Assembly (NCBI GenBank): GCA_050253415.1
Contig: JBFWJC010000001.1
Location: forward strand, 1,256,679 to 1,320,678
Source of the DNA: Pedobacter sp.
GTDB lineage: Bacteria > Desulfobacterota > Desulfuromonadia > Desulfuromonadales > Syntrophotaleaceae
Direction of reading: 5' to 3'
DNA: 64,000 nucleotides
The translations under genes were made by a program, and so were the position numbers. The notes below the pieces were generated by a model. That model saw nothing but the letters and a program-made list of their open reading frames with translations. It made no database searches and was not told the origin of the DNA. This document shows, piece after piece, positions 1-9,632 of this stretch (positions within the stretch are counted from its first letter, which is position 1; every line of letters starts with the position of its first letter).

Positions 1-159
1 GATGCCGATGGCCAGGCCTGCCGGAACGCCTGCTATTGTGGCGAAGACGATAGCGATGGAGGACACATACAGGGATGTCCACACCGTGCTGTAGACCTCC
101 GGATCGAGCGACAGGATCAAATCCAGTGCGGTTTTTAGCGAATCGAACAAAAATCCCAC
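1..159 (-). CDS. ABC transporter permease, tungstate/molybdate TupB-like (5' part; runs off the window start)
   Basis: Manual translation from GTG at 159: VGFLFDSLKTALDLILSLDPEVYSTVWTSLYVSSIAIVFATIAGVPAGLAIGI. This resembles the TupB N-terminus. GGAG RBS upstream. Confidence 0.7.
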   Translation of the reverse strand, partial: MGFLFDSLKTALDLILSLDPEVYSTVWTSLYVSSIAIVFATIAGVPAGLAIGI

Positions 160-562
160 AGTAATACTCCGGATGTTTCGCGACGGTTTCAGTCGGTTAG
201 AAAAGAGGCTTATATGGGGTCGCAGCCTCTATCGGAAATGGTCTCAGCCGTATGCAATGATCCGTTCGGTACGGAAGAACCGGACGGGCGCAGAGTATAT
301 AACGTTTTTATGCCCTTTGAAAAGGTACATAATGGCCATAATAGGTATACGGAGAGATGACTGGTGAGTTGAAACATCTTTATAGATGTGGCTGTTCTCA
401 ACCAAGGTTATGAAGGGTACAATTCAAGGAAGCAATAAAGAGCTGATGAAGTGGCAAAACGATAATTTTTCATCGCGGGGGACCGCTTTTTTTTAACAGT
501 TACCCTTGACAACAATGCCGGGAAGACACAAACAGGGATCATCGTAAAAGAGGAGTGCAGGC

Positions 563-1336
563 ATGCTTGGAGCTCTGGCTGGCGACATTATCGGATCACG
601 GTTTGAGTGGAACAACATTAAAACCAAGGACTTCGAGCTGTTTGAAGAGGATTCTCGATTTACCGATGATACGGTACTGACCGTGGCCCAGGCTGACAGC
701 CTGCTCAGTGGAGAACCTTTTACCCTGAAACTTAAAGAGTATTTCTGGCTCTATCCGCATGCCGGATATGGCGGCCGTTTTTACCGCTGGGCTGGTAGCT
801 CCTCCGCCGAACCGTACAACTCTTTCGGCAACGGATCGGCCATGCGCATCAGCCCTGTCGGCTGGTATTTCAACGATTTGTCGACGGTCCTCAGCGAGGC
901 GCATCGCAGCGCCGCCGTGACCCACAATCATCCCGAAGGCATCAAGGGGGCGCAAGCGGTGGCTGCCGCTATTTTTCTGGCCCGCAGCGGAGAGCACAAA
1001 GCCGACATCCGGGAATTCATCGCCATGCGATTCGGTTACGATTTTTCCCGGAGTCTGGACGATATTCGACCGGACTATTGTTTCGATGTCTCCTGTCAGG
1101 GGTCGGTGCCCCAGGCATTGCAGGCTTTTTTCGAATCGGACGGATTTGAAGATGCCATCCGCAATGCGATCTCCATAGGCGGTGACAGCGATACCATTGC
1201 TTGCATAACCGGTGGGGTTGCCGAAGCCTTTTACGGCGAGGTACCCGATGCGATAGCTCAGGAGGTGTTTAGACGGCTCGATGAAAAACTGGCGTGTGTG
1301 ACGCGGAACTTTCTCCTGGCCGTCGGTCGACTCTGA
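563..1336 (+). CDS. ADP-ribosylglycohydrolase (DraG/ARH family)
   Basis: Motifs GALAGDIIGS, FTDDT, GNGSAMR, THNHPEG and GGDSDT. GAGGAG RBS. Confidence 0.92.
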   Translation: MLGALAGDIIGSRFEWNNIKTKDFELFEEDSRFTDDTVLTVAQADSLLSGEPFTLKLKEYFWLYPHAGYGGRFYRWAGSSSAEPYNSFGNGSAMRISPVGWYFNDLSTVLSEAHRSAAVTHNHPEGIKGAQAVAAAIFLARSGEHKADIREFIAMRFGYDFSRSLDDIRPDYCFDVSCQGSVPQALQAFFESDGFEDAIRNAISIGGDSDTIACITGGVAEAFYGEVPDAIAQEVFRRLDEKLACVTRNFLLAVGRL

Positions 1337-1446
1337 AGATTGAATCTGCTGGAGGGAAAAGATTTTTGAGTCTTTCGAGTGGGAGGCGCGTTGCTGTACA
1401 AGATGGGACAAAACTACAGCAGGATATCCAAGACGCACAAAAAAAG

Positions 1447-1473
1447 AAGGTCGCCACTTCTGTGGCGACCTTT
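1447..1473. terminator. Bidirectional intrinsic terminator
   Basis: Hairpin AAGGTCGCCAC-ttct-GTGGCGACCTT between convergent genes. Confidence 0.75.
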
Positions 1474-1499
1474 ATTGTCACTTTATTTAATCCAAAGGG

Positions 1500-1694
1500 T
1501 TAGTGCTTCGGCCCACGTTTCATTGCGATGAGTTCCGCACCCAGAGCCTCGGCAATCTGTTTGAGTTCGCTCATACGCATGTGTTTGCTGTAAACCTTGA
1601 GGTTCACGTCCGACACGGCACCAACGATGTAACGCGGAGTTTTGGCACCGTCTACCATTTTTTCACGCTCACGATAAAAGATCTTGCCGCCCAT
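1500..1694 (-). CDS. Small hypothetical protein (64 aa)
   Basis: ATG at 1694 with strong GAGGAGG RBS. Protein MGGKIFYRER...MKRGPKH, followed by the terminator. Confidence 0.7.
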   Translation of the reverse strand: MGGKIFYREREKMVDGAKTPRYIVGAVSDVNLKVYSKHMRMSELKQIAEALGAELIAMKRGPKH

Positions 1695-1783
1695 GGTGTC
1701 CTCCTCTCGGTGTACCGCTCTCAATAGCGGTAGATACATTCACACTCTTATTGTATCACCATAGTCAAGGATTGATGCAAATC

Positions 1784-2590
1784 TCAGGCGCGAATAATGG
1801 TGCCGACCGCTTCGCCGCGCAGGGCCTTGGCGATATTGCCATTTTCATGGCCGTTGATAATGCGTACCTGTTTGAGGTTGGCGGCATCCTGGAGCAGATT
1901 CAACAGCTTGCGTTCCATGACCATATCTTCCATATCCATGGCCAGCAGTTCCCCCGCAGTGATGTCGGGGATCTGCTGCGCATCGGGATTGACGAACGGG
2001 TTTTCGGTAAATAAGCCGTTGACGTTCTTAACCAGGATACAGCTTTTGGCGCCAAGCACCTCGGCCATCAGAAATGCTCCCGTATCGGTGCGATGGGGTG
2101 GAATCAGTCCTGTACCCGCAGGGTGTTCAAACAGCCCGTAAGGGGGAGTGCCGTGGGTGACGGGCAGGAAGCCAAGCTTGAGCATCATCGGCAGATCGAG
2201 CAGATCATCGCTCTTTATGCGGGTGCCACCCCAAGGCGACAGGAGCAGGGCCAACATCTCGGCATTCTGCTCGCTGATTTTGCCGGCCAGTTCAGCCAGT
2301 ACCCCGGTGGGCATACCGAGATCGATGCCGATATCGAGGATGTGCCGTACCCGCACTCCGCCACCGGTGACGATCAGCAGCTTGTGGTCTTTGGATGCTT
2401 CGCCGATTTCCTTCACCAGGGGCATGACCACTTCGCGACCGTAATCCATGGTGCCGTGTCCGCCGACTTTGATCACGTGCAGATCGGGGATCAGTCGCAT
2501 CGGTTTGATATGTGCGTGGGATTTCATAAGTCCCTTGCGTACCAGAGACTCGCCTTTGAGTTTGTTTTCCAGTTCGTGCCGCTCTCCCAT
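1784..2590 (-). CDS. Amino-acid-kinase-fold protein, molybdenum/tungsten storage protein (MoSto)-like
   Basis: VIKVGGHG, GGGVRVRH, IPPHRTDTGAFLMAE and KNVNGLFTENP match the UMP-kinase-like MoSto family. Confidence 0.8.
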   Translation of the reverse strand: MGERHELENKLKGESLVRKGLMKSHAHIKPMRLIPDLHVIKVGGHGTMDYGREVVMPLVKEIGEASKDHKLLIVTGGGVRVRHILDIGIDLGMPTGVLAELAGKISEQNAEMLALLLSPWGGTRIKSDDLLDLPMMLKLGFLPVTHGTPPYGLFEHPAGTGLIPPHRTDTGAFLMAEVLGAKSCILVKNVNGLFTENPFVNPDAQQIPDITAGELLAMDMEDMVMERKLLNLLQDAANLKQVRIINGHENGNIAKALRGEAVGTIIRA

Positions 2591-2705
2591 AATCGATAGC
2601 CTCCCACATTAAGGGTTTGCTTTTTAAGGGCTTTCTCTTATGAAGCTTACCAGATGCGGGCAAACAAGCATTGGCAGGTTCTGACCGGTTGAAAGCAAAC
2701 CGAAA

Positions 2706-2737
2706 ACCGGAGGTCTCCGCGGGGGAAGACCTCCGGT
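2706..2737. terminator. Stem-loop between the DUF4125-like gene and the MoSto-like gene
   Basis: ACCGGAGGTCT ... AGACCTCCGGT inverted repeat, with a T-run following on the minus strand. Confidence 0.55.
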
Positions 2738-2764
2738 CGTTAATTGGGGGGATTTTGTAGCTGC

Positions 2765-3364
2765 TCAGGTGGGTTGCGAGTCGGTTTTTTCCTGCAGGGC
2801 CTTTTCCAGGGTTTCCAGGGAGTCGAAGCCCCATTGTCCGGCAAGATAGCGATAGGTTGCTTCGGAAAGGCTCGATCCTGACTGTTGCAGGGCTATCATA
2901 TCGCTGTGGAGTAGTTGCAATGTCTTTTCCGAGTACGTTTCAAGTTCGCCGCGCAGGTAGGTTTCAAAAGAAGTCAGGCCGGGGGCGTCTTCTTGCCTGC
3001 TCAAGGGGCGCCCGCCACGCATCAGGTATGGGAAACTGGCAATGAACTGTTTTTGTCCGGCCAGGGCCAGATCAACAATGGCGTCGATCAGCGGACTGAA
3101 GTTTTCACAAGGTAACAGGTTATCCATGCGGGCATACTTGATGGCCAGCAGGTTGCGATCCGTAGCCTTGGCCCGTTGCAGGTCGATGAGGTAGCTTTCC
3201 AGGGCTGGGGCGGACCAGGCAGCAAACTGGGCTTTCCGGTGCAGTTTAAAACTCTCGGGGTCCTCCTGGCAACGGTAACGGTGGGTGGTTGGAACGGACA
3301 GGAACATGACCAACTCCAGTTCCAAGATTTGTTCAGTGATGAGATTTCGGGTTTCCATGGGCAT
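2765..3364 (-). CDS. DUF4125-like protein
   Basis: CQEDPESF...RKAQF..WS, RNLLAIKYARM, GRPL and TSFETYLRGELETYS are characteristic of DUF4125 as I recall it. Confidence 0.75.
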   Translation of the reverse strand: MPMETRNLITEQILELELVMFLSVPTTHRYRCQEDPESFKLHRKAQFAAWSAPALESYLIDLQRAKATDRNLLAIKYARMDNLLPCENFSPLIDAIVDLALAGQKQFIASFPYLMRGGRPLSRQEDAPGLTSFETYLRGELETYSEKTLQLLHSDMIALQQSGSSLSEATYRYLAGQWGFDSLETLEKALQEKTDSQPT

Positions 3365-3376
3365 CCCTCCAGGTCG

Positions 3377-4303
3377 TTAATCACATACCGTAAAGTGTTT
3401 TCGCAGATTGGGGTCTTGGATCCCTGCCTGCACCACCGGGCCATGATCGAGCAGAAAACTGCTATTTGAGTCACTGAGCCCTTGCCGGTGCAGTTCTTCG
3501 ATGACCAGACCGCAGAGCGTTTCGATAAGGGCGACCTTTTCCTCTCCATTCGCGGTATTCAACAAGGTACTTATGTTTACGTGAATGACCGAGCCGAGAA
3601 GAGGTAAATCCTTTGTCGCCCGGTGCAGCCATTTGTAAAACGGCGGATAGCGCCGGTTGAGCAAAAACGCCATGGACATGAGGCTCTGGCAGAACTGCAA
3701 CTCAGCATAGCGGCTGGCAAAAGGTTCGTCGCGCTTGAGGCTGCGTGCCAGGTTGTACTGCCCGGTCTGGGCCATGGTCATGCAGCGTGATGCGATTTTC
3801 TTGCGGCGGATATCCTCCGGGTAGTAGTCAAGCAGATGCCGACGCCATTTGGAAAAATGATCCGCAGGATCGTGAAATACCAGGCCGTTGGTACAGACGC
3901 TCATATTTTGATCCGGCAGGGCAAGCCATTCCTGCAGCGCCTGGGGAGGATGATCAAGCCCGGTATATCGGATATAGAAACTGCGGATACTCATAACGCC
4001 CATGCGCCCGTCCTCACCGGGGCTGGTTTGACGCGGTCCAAAGCCGGAAAAGGACGGCGGCAGCTTGCGGTAAGCGGCGTCCAGTTCGGCTCCGTAAGTC
4101 GCATAATCTTCCTGCTGCAACCACAGGCAAAAGCCCGGCCCCCAGTCATGGTCGCGCGATAGAACATCGTCGAATCCGTAACATTCGGATCCCGGACCCA
4201 CCAGGCCTGCCGCGACTCGGTCGGCGATGTCCTTGAAGGACTCCTCGATCATGGGCAGTCCATGGGTGAAGAAATACTCTTTGGCCAACGGCAGTCCCTG
4301 CAT
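3377..4303 (-). CDS. DUF4037-like nucleotidyltransferase-fold protein
   Basis: GLVGPGSECYGFDDVLSRDHDWGPG gives a GS...DxD Pol-beta NTase signature. Also GQYN and LNRRYPPFYKW. Confidence 0.78.
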   Translation of the reverse strand: MQGLPLAKEYFFTHGLPMIEESFKDIADRVAAGLVGPGSECYGFDDVLSRDHDWGPGFCLWLQQEDYATYGAELDAAYRKLPPSFSGFGPRQTSPGEDGRMGVMSIRSFYIRYTGLDHPPQALQEWLALPDQNMSVCTNGLVFHDPADHFSKWRRHLLDYYPEDIRRKKIASRCMTMAQTGQYNLARSLKRDEPFASRYAELQFCQSLMSMAFLLNRRYPPFYKWLHRATKDLPLLGSVIHVNISTLLNTANGEEKVALIETLCGLVIEELHRQGLSDSNSSFLLDHGPVVQAGIQDPNLRKHFTVCD

Positions 4304-4317
4304 AACGAATCCTTTGC

Positions 4318-4983
4318 TTATCCTTTGATAAGCGCGATGTTCTTAACGGTGTGGCGGGCTTTGGCGGTATTGTCGGTCTGCTCGTACAGATCCCTGGCCC
4401 GTTCAAAATGGGCAAGCCCTGCCTTCTTGTCACCGATCATGGCATGGATATAGCCGATGTTGGCATGCTGATCGGCCACCTTGTCGAGGGCTCCGGCTTT
4501 TAGGAAAAGTGTTTGGGCCTGCTGGTAGTAGTCCAGAGCCAGGGTATATTCGTGTTTATCCCGGCAGACGGAACCCAGGTTGCCCAGTTGTTCGGCGACC
4601 TTCTCCGGTTGGCCGCAACGATCAAATGCATGCATGGCGTTGTTAAAGGCTGCGCTGGCTTCGTCATAGCGTTGCATGCGTGTTAGCAGCAATCCTATAT
4701 TATTCTGGGATGAAGCCATTCCTGCCGTGTCGCCCGCACTGGAAAAGATGGAATGAACGCTCTGGTAGGTTGCCAGGGCTTTATCCGGTTGCCCGGAGGC
4801 GCAGTATATGTCGGCCACGATCATCCGTTGCGTTGCCTCATTGGCGACATCCCCGGTTTCTGCATAGAGCCTGGCTGATTCTTTAAAAGCTTCCAATGCT
4901 GCATCGTAAGAAGCTGTTTTCAGGTGTTTGAGGCCATCTCGGGCTAAGATGTCCGCCATCTTCGCAGTCGGTTCGTTTGCCAT
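4318..4983 (-). CDS. Tetratricopeptide repeat protein
   Basis: Repeated helical motifs (NNIGLL, GNLGSV, ANIGYI). AGGAG RBS. Confidence 0.85.
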   Translation of the reverse strand: MANEPTAKMADILARDGLKHLKTASYDAALEAFKESARLYAETGDVANEATQRMIVADIYCASGQPDKALATYQSVHSIFSSAGDTAGMASSQNNIGLLLTRMQRYDEASAAFNNAMHAFDRCGQPEKVAEQLGNLGSVCRDKHEYTLALDYYQQAQTLFLKAGALDKVADQHANIGYIHAMIGDKKAGLAHFERARDLYEQTDNTAKARHTVKNIALIKG

Positions 4984-5088
4984 GGGGGCTCCTGTTCAGG
5001 CGGTTCAGCCATGTGGTAATCATAGTTTGCGGGGAGCTGGGTCTGGACCAGGCCTTTACGTATAATGCCGTAGACGCCATCTAATCTC

Positions 5089-5126
5089 AATACAAAACGA
5101 ACATGATCCGTAACAAGATGAACATA
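5089..5126. promoter_or_regulatory. Candidate DeoR-type operator (tandem AACA-type repeats with core AAACGAACAT)
   Basis: ATACAAAACGAACAT followed by AACAAGATGAACAT. Shares the AAACGAACAT core with the cutC and permease promoters. Confidence 0.55.
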
Positions 5127-5296
5127 AAAGATCAGTCTTTGTGGTAGGAGTGTGAAAAAAGGGGGGAAACAATTTGCGCCGCAGAATGGTTTTATAATAA
5201 ATTCAAACAGACACTTGTTTTCACCTCTCCAACATGCAAGGAAATATTCTTGAGGGTCGGTTCTGTCCTGCTTGCATTTTATGATAAAGGGGCATC

Positions 5297-6203
5297 ATGG
5301 ATCAGATGACTTCGGGCTATGAAAATCTTTTGGAAAACCTTTTTGAGGGGCTTTATTTTGTTGATGCGGATCGTACGATCATTCGATGGAACAAAGCCGC
5401 TGAGAAACTGACGGGCTTCACATCCGCGGAGATGCTCGGAAAGCACTGCTCGGACAACCTGCTGAACCACGTCGATGAAAATGGTCGCCAGCTTTGCATT
5501 GGGCACTGCCCCCTGGTTAGGGTTATGGACGAGGGTCTCCCGCGGGAGCAGGATGTTTTTCTTCACCATAAGAATGGTCATCGCCTTCCGATCCGAGTGC
5601 GTGCCCATCCGTTATGCGACAGTGGCGGAACGGTGGTCGGAGCCGCTGAGCTGTTCACTGACTTGAGCGAAAGCTCCGGTGTCATGCAGCAGATGGAAGA
5701 TTTTAAGCGACAGGCTTTGACGGACAGCCTGACCGGTTTGCCGAACCGGGCCTGTCTCGAGGTTGAGTTGGAACGTTGCCTGGATGAATACAAGCGTTAC
5801 GGTTGGAATATAGGTCTGTTGTTCCTGGATGTTGATCATTTCAAGGCCGTCAACGATACTTTCGGGCACGATCGTGGCGACGATGTCCTGCGTCTTGTCG
5901 CCACGACTCTTGCGCATAATTGCCGTGCATCCGATATCGTCGGTCGCTGGGGGGGGCGAGGAATTCGTCGGATTGGTGCGCAATGCAACCCCTTTGAATC
6001 TGCTGCATATCGCCGAACGGAACAGGATGCTTGTGGAGCAGTCTTTTATCATGGTTGATGGGCGGCCCTTGGGCGTGACCATTTCCCTTGGTGCTGTACT
6101 GGCCCGGCCTGGCGAATCGGCGGAAAGTCTTGTGCGGCGCGCCGATCAGCTTATGTTTGAAAGTAAAAACAAGGGGCGAAATTGCGTCTCGTCCGATGTT
6201 TGA
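5297..6203 (+). pseudogene. PAS-GGDEF diguanylate cyclase with a +1 frameshift in a G8 tract at the GGEEF motif
   Basis: ORF 5297-6058 reads PAS and GGDEF up to GRWGG. The EEF...ADQLMFESKNKGRN half continues in another frame (5829-6203). G run at 5949-5956 is 8 nt; 7 nt restores RWGGEEF. Confidence 0.85.
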
Positions 6204-6721
6204 TGTTTTGTGTCTGATTTTCAGGGTCGCTGGTTAGCGGGCCTGTAGTCCTGTCCTGTTCATCTCCCACTGTTTGAAATTCAGTTGGCGTATTTTTTGT
6301 TTCACCTTCCTGTCATCCCTTCCCGAGTACTGCCTGCCTTTTTACCGCCTGTTGCACGATTTTGAACCAAACGACAAGTTTTCTCTGATGCCCTACGCTG
6401 GTTTGATGTTCACCATGATTCCCTTCGATTGCAGATCTCCTTTTGGCAGCCGCCGGCTTTTTCTGAAAGAAATTTTGTGACCCGTACGTCGATAGATCCA
6501 GGTTTTATCGCTCTATTTGTGATTGTTTGTAAAGTGGGTGATCGTGTGTGAGACCTTGAGGTGTGCGATGTGGAATGTTTGTGTATTGTCCTTATGTCTC
6601 CGGTCGTTCCATTAAATCGCCGTAAAAACAATAAGTTGTCAGCGGGTGTTGGCGCAGTGGAAGCATTGCGTGTCGGTTTTTGGTAGGTAGATAATGTTTT
6701 GTTGTGTAATAAAATTTACGC

Positions 6722-6751
6722 TTGACAACAAAAACGAACATCATTTACATT
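6722..6751 (+). promoter_or_regulatory. Sigma70 promoter of cutC with an overlapping operator
   Basis: TTGACA-N18-TACATT. The spacer contains ACAAAAACGAACAT. Confidence 0.75.
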
Positions 6752-6921
6752 CATGTCGAACACAATGGTTCATTGATCCATGGTTGCAAGGTTGATTTAT
6801 CTGAGCCTGCTCGGGATTTGTTGGAGGGGGTAAGCAGATACGTAAGGCTGTTGCATCATCGGATCGGGGACGTTTAGCTCATGCTTGCTAACCTTTTACA
6901 CCCAAATAACGGAGGTTGATC

Positions 6922-9348
6922 ATGGCAGGATCTTGTTGTGGTGGAATTGCGGAAGGTGCCACCCGGAAAAAGTTCGAGCTTCCCGAGCGTATTCAGCGCC
7001 TCAAGGATGCTTATCTGCAAGTTAAACCCAGCATCGCTATCGGTCGGGCTCTGGCTTTTACAGAAGTCACCCGGGAAAACCCCGGTATGCCGAATATTCT
7101 GCGTCGCGCGCTGGCTTTTAAAAAGGCCTGTGAAAACGCTCCGTTGCTGATTCAGGCGGACGAGTTGATTGTTGGCCATCCCTGCGGCAAGCCGCGCGCC
7201 GGTGCTTTCTCTCCGGATATCGCATGGAAATGGGTGCGTGACGAGCTGGATACCATTGGTACCCGTTCGCAGGATCCATTTGTCATCACCGAAGAAGACA
7301 AGCAAGTCATGCGCGACGAGATCTTCCCCTTCTGGGAAGGTAAATCCCTTGATGAAATCTGCGAAACCCAATATCGCGAAGCCGGACTCTGGGAATTTGC
7401 CGCAGAGGCTTTCGTCAGTGACTTGTCCTATCATCAGGTTAATGGCGGTGGCGATACCTGCCCCGGTTTTGACGTGATCCTGTTCACTAAAGGTGTCAAC
7501 GGTATCAAGGCTGAAGCCGAGGCGAACCTTGCCAAGCTGTCCATGGACGTGCCCGACGACATCGATAAAATTTATTTCTACAAAGCGGCCATTCAGACCT
7601 GCGAAGGTATCGTCCTCTACGCCAATCGCCTGTCTGCCTATGCGATGGAGCTGGCAGCCAACGAGTCGGATCCCAAGCGCAAGGCCGAGTTGGAAAATAT
7701 CGCCAAGGTCAACGCTCGCGTACCTGCCAATCCTCCGAGTACTTTCCAGGAAGCCCTGCAGTCGATCTGGACCATCGAGTCGCTGTTTGTTATCGAGGAA
7801 AACCAGACCGGTCTGTCCCTGGGACGTCTTGACCAGTATGTCTATCCCTGCTTTGAGGCCGATATTAAAGCCGGTCGCATCGATGAAAACCAGGCTTTTG
7901 AACTGATGAGCTGTTTCATCATCAAATGCGCTGAAATGATGTGGCTGACCAGTGAACTGGCCGCCAAATATTTCGCCGGCTACCAGCCGTTTATCAACCT
8001 GTGCGTCGGTGGGCAGAAGCGTGAAGGCGGCGACGCCACCAATGACCTGACCTACCTGGTTATGGATGTTGTTCGCAAGCTCGGCGTGTACCAGCCTTCA
8101 CTGGCCTGTCGTATTCATAATCAGTCCCCGCAAAAATACCTGCAGAAGATAGTCGAAGTCGTCAAGGCGGGGCTCGGCTTCCCCGCCTGCCATTTTGACG
8201 ATGCCCACATCAAGATGATGCTTCGTAAAGGCTACGATTTCGAAGATGCCCGTGACTACTGCCTGATGGGCTGCGTCGAGCCTCAAAAGTCGGGTCGCAT
8301 CTACCAGTGGACTTCGACTGGCTACACCCAGTGGCCCGTTGCCATCGAGTTTGTGCTTAATCGTGGTGTCATGAAGTGGCATGGTACCAAGCAGGGTATC
8401 GATACCGGTGCTCTGGACCAGTTTTCCACCTACGAGCAGTTCGATGCCGCCGTCAAAGAGCAGATTGAATACATCTGCAAGATGTCCGCTGTCGGCACCG
8501 TTATCAGCCAGCGGGTTCACCGCGACGTGGCACCCAAGCCTTTGATGTCCATGTTCGTTGAAGGCTGCATGGAGACCGGCAAGGATGTTTCCGCAGGTGG
8601 TGCCGTGCTTAACCACGGCCCTGGTTTGATCTTCTCCGGCCTGGCCACTTACGTGGACTCCATGGCCGCCATCAAGAAGCTTGTGTTTGACGACAAAAAA
8701 TACACTCTGGCCGATTTTCAGAAGGCTCTCGATGCCAACTGGGAAGGTTACGAGCAGATGCGTCAGGATTGCCTTGATGCTCCCAAGTATGGCAACGACG
8801 ATGACTACGCAGACTTGATCGCTTCTGACCTGGTCGAATCGACTGAAAAGATCTGCCGTCAATTCAAGATGCTCTACTCCACCATGAGCCACGGAACCCT
8901 GTCTATCTCCAACAATACTCCCATCGGGGAACTGACCGGCGCGACTGCGGACGGCCGCATGGCCTTTACCCCGCTGTCTGACGGCATCAGTCCTGTGCAG
9001 GGTGCCGACAAGAAGGGGCCCACCGCTATTATCAAGTCGGTCAGCAAGATGAACGCTGAATCGATGAATATCGGCATGGTGCATAACTTCAAACTGATGG
9101 ATGGCCTCCTTGAAACTCCTGAAGGAGAGGCCGGTTTGATTACCTTGCTGCGCACGGCGTCTATTATGGGCAATGGCCAGATGCAGTTCAGCTATGTCGA
9201 CAACGATGTTCTTAAGCAGGCCCAACAAAGCCCTGAGGAATATCGTGATCTGATGATTCGCGTGGCAGGTTACAGCGCCTTCTTTGTCGAGCTCTGCAAG
9301 GAAGTTCAGGATGAAATCATCAGCCGCACCGTGCTGAAAGGTTTTTGA
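6922..9348 (+). CDS. cutC: Choline trimethylamine-lyase (glycyl radical enzyme)
   Basis: Gly-radical motif RVAGYSAFF and Cys loop GCVEP. CutC-specific segments [32 protein letters not shown] and [20 protein letters not shown] before ATG 6922. Confidence 0.93.
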   Translation: MAGSCCGGIAEGATRKKFELPERIQRLKDAYLQVKPSIAIGRALAFTEVTRENPGMPNILRRALAFKKACENAPLLIQADELIVGHPCGKPRAGAFSPDIAWKWVRDELDTIGTRSQDPFVITEEDKQVMRDEIFPFWEGKSLDEICETQYREAGLWEFAAEAFVSDLSYHQVNGGGDTCPGFDVILFTKGVNGIKAEAEANLAKLSMDVPDDIDKIYFYKAAIQTCEGIVLYANRLSAYAMELAANESDPKRKAELENIAKVNARVPANPPSTFQEALQSIWTIESLFVIEENQTGLSLGRLDQYVYPCFEADIKAGRIDENQAFELMSCFIIKCAEMMWLTSELAAKYFAGYQPFINLCVGGQKREGGDATNDLTYLVMDVVRKLGVYQPSLACRIHNQSPQKYLQKIVEVVKAGLGFPACHFDDAHIKMMLRKGYDFEDARDYCLMGCVEPQKSGRIYQWTSTGYTQWPVAIEFVLNRGVMKWHGTKQGIDTGALDQFSTYEQFDAAVKEQIEYICKMSAVGTVISQRVHRDVAPKPLMSMFVEGCMETGKDVSAGGAVLNHGPGLIFSGLATYVDSMAAIKKLVFDDKKYTLADFQKALDANWEGYEQMRQDCLDAPKYGNDDDYADLIASDLVESTEKICRQFKMLYSTMSHGTLSISNNTPIGELTGATADGRMAFTPLSDGISPVQGADKKGPTAIIKSVSKMNAESMNIGMVHNFKLMDGLLETPEGEAGLITLLRTASIMGNGQMQFSYVDNDVLKQAQQSPEEYRDLMIRVAGYSAFFVELCKEVQDEIISRTVLKGF

Positions 9349-9361
9349 GTCTAATCGCATC

Positions 9362-9389
9362 GGGGTGGCCCGGGTTTCCGAGCCACCCC
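9362..9389 (+). terminator. Stem-loop after cutC
   Basis: GGGGTGGCCCGG...CCGAGCCACCCC hairpin with only a weak U-tract. Confidence 0.5.
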
Positions 9390-9632
9390 AGTGTGTTTCA
9401 TATGTGTCTCTGGAATGTTGAAGCGGGCCGAAGGAATTTTTCCATAATAGCATGTTTGATTTTATGTATGTTTCGATGAAATAAGCCTGATTCGCACTCT
9501 GCTATCCCGGATGTGAACCGGTCTTGATCTGGTACAGGGAAAAATTTTGCCAGATGTAAGCCCTAGGAGTCGCCTGCGGAAGTCTCGCGCTGGCGGTACA
9601 AGCAGGACATTACTCGATGGAGGAGCAAGGCA

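Noticed and set aside
290..306. ModE box upstream of the TupB-like gene
   Set aside because: Only one half-site (TATATAACG) is present, with no matching inverted half.
563..1336. DraG of a nitrogenase switch-off system
   Set aside because: There are no draT or nif genes in the window, so it is best treated as a generic ARH-family enzyme.
6922..9348. Pyruvate formate-lyase or diol dehydratase
   Set aside because: It has the single-Cys GCVEP loop rather than the PFL Cys-Cys pair, and it carries CutC-specific segments.
8098..9453. Long antisense ORFs (also 19820-20980, 22018-23010, 27346-28950 and 57991-59361)
   Set aside because: They are shadows of well-supported genes on the opposite strand, with no recognisable motifs.
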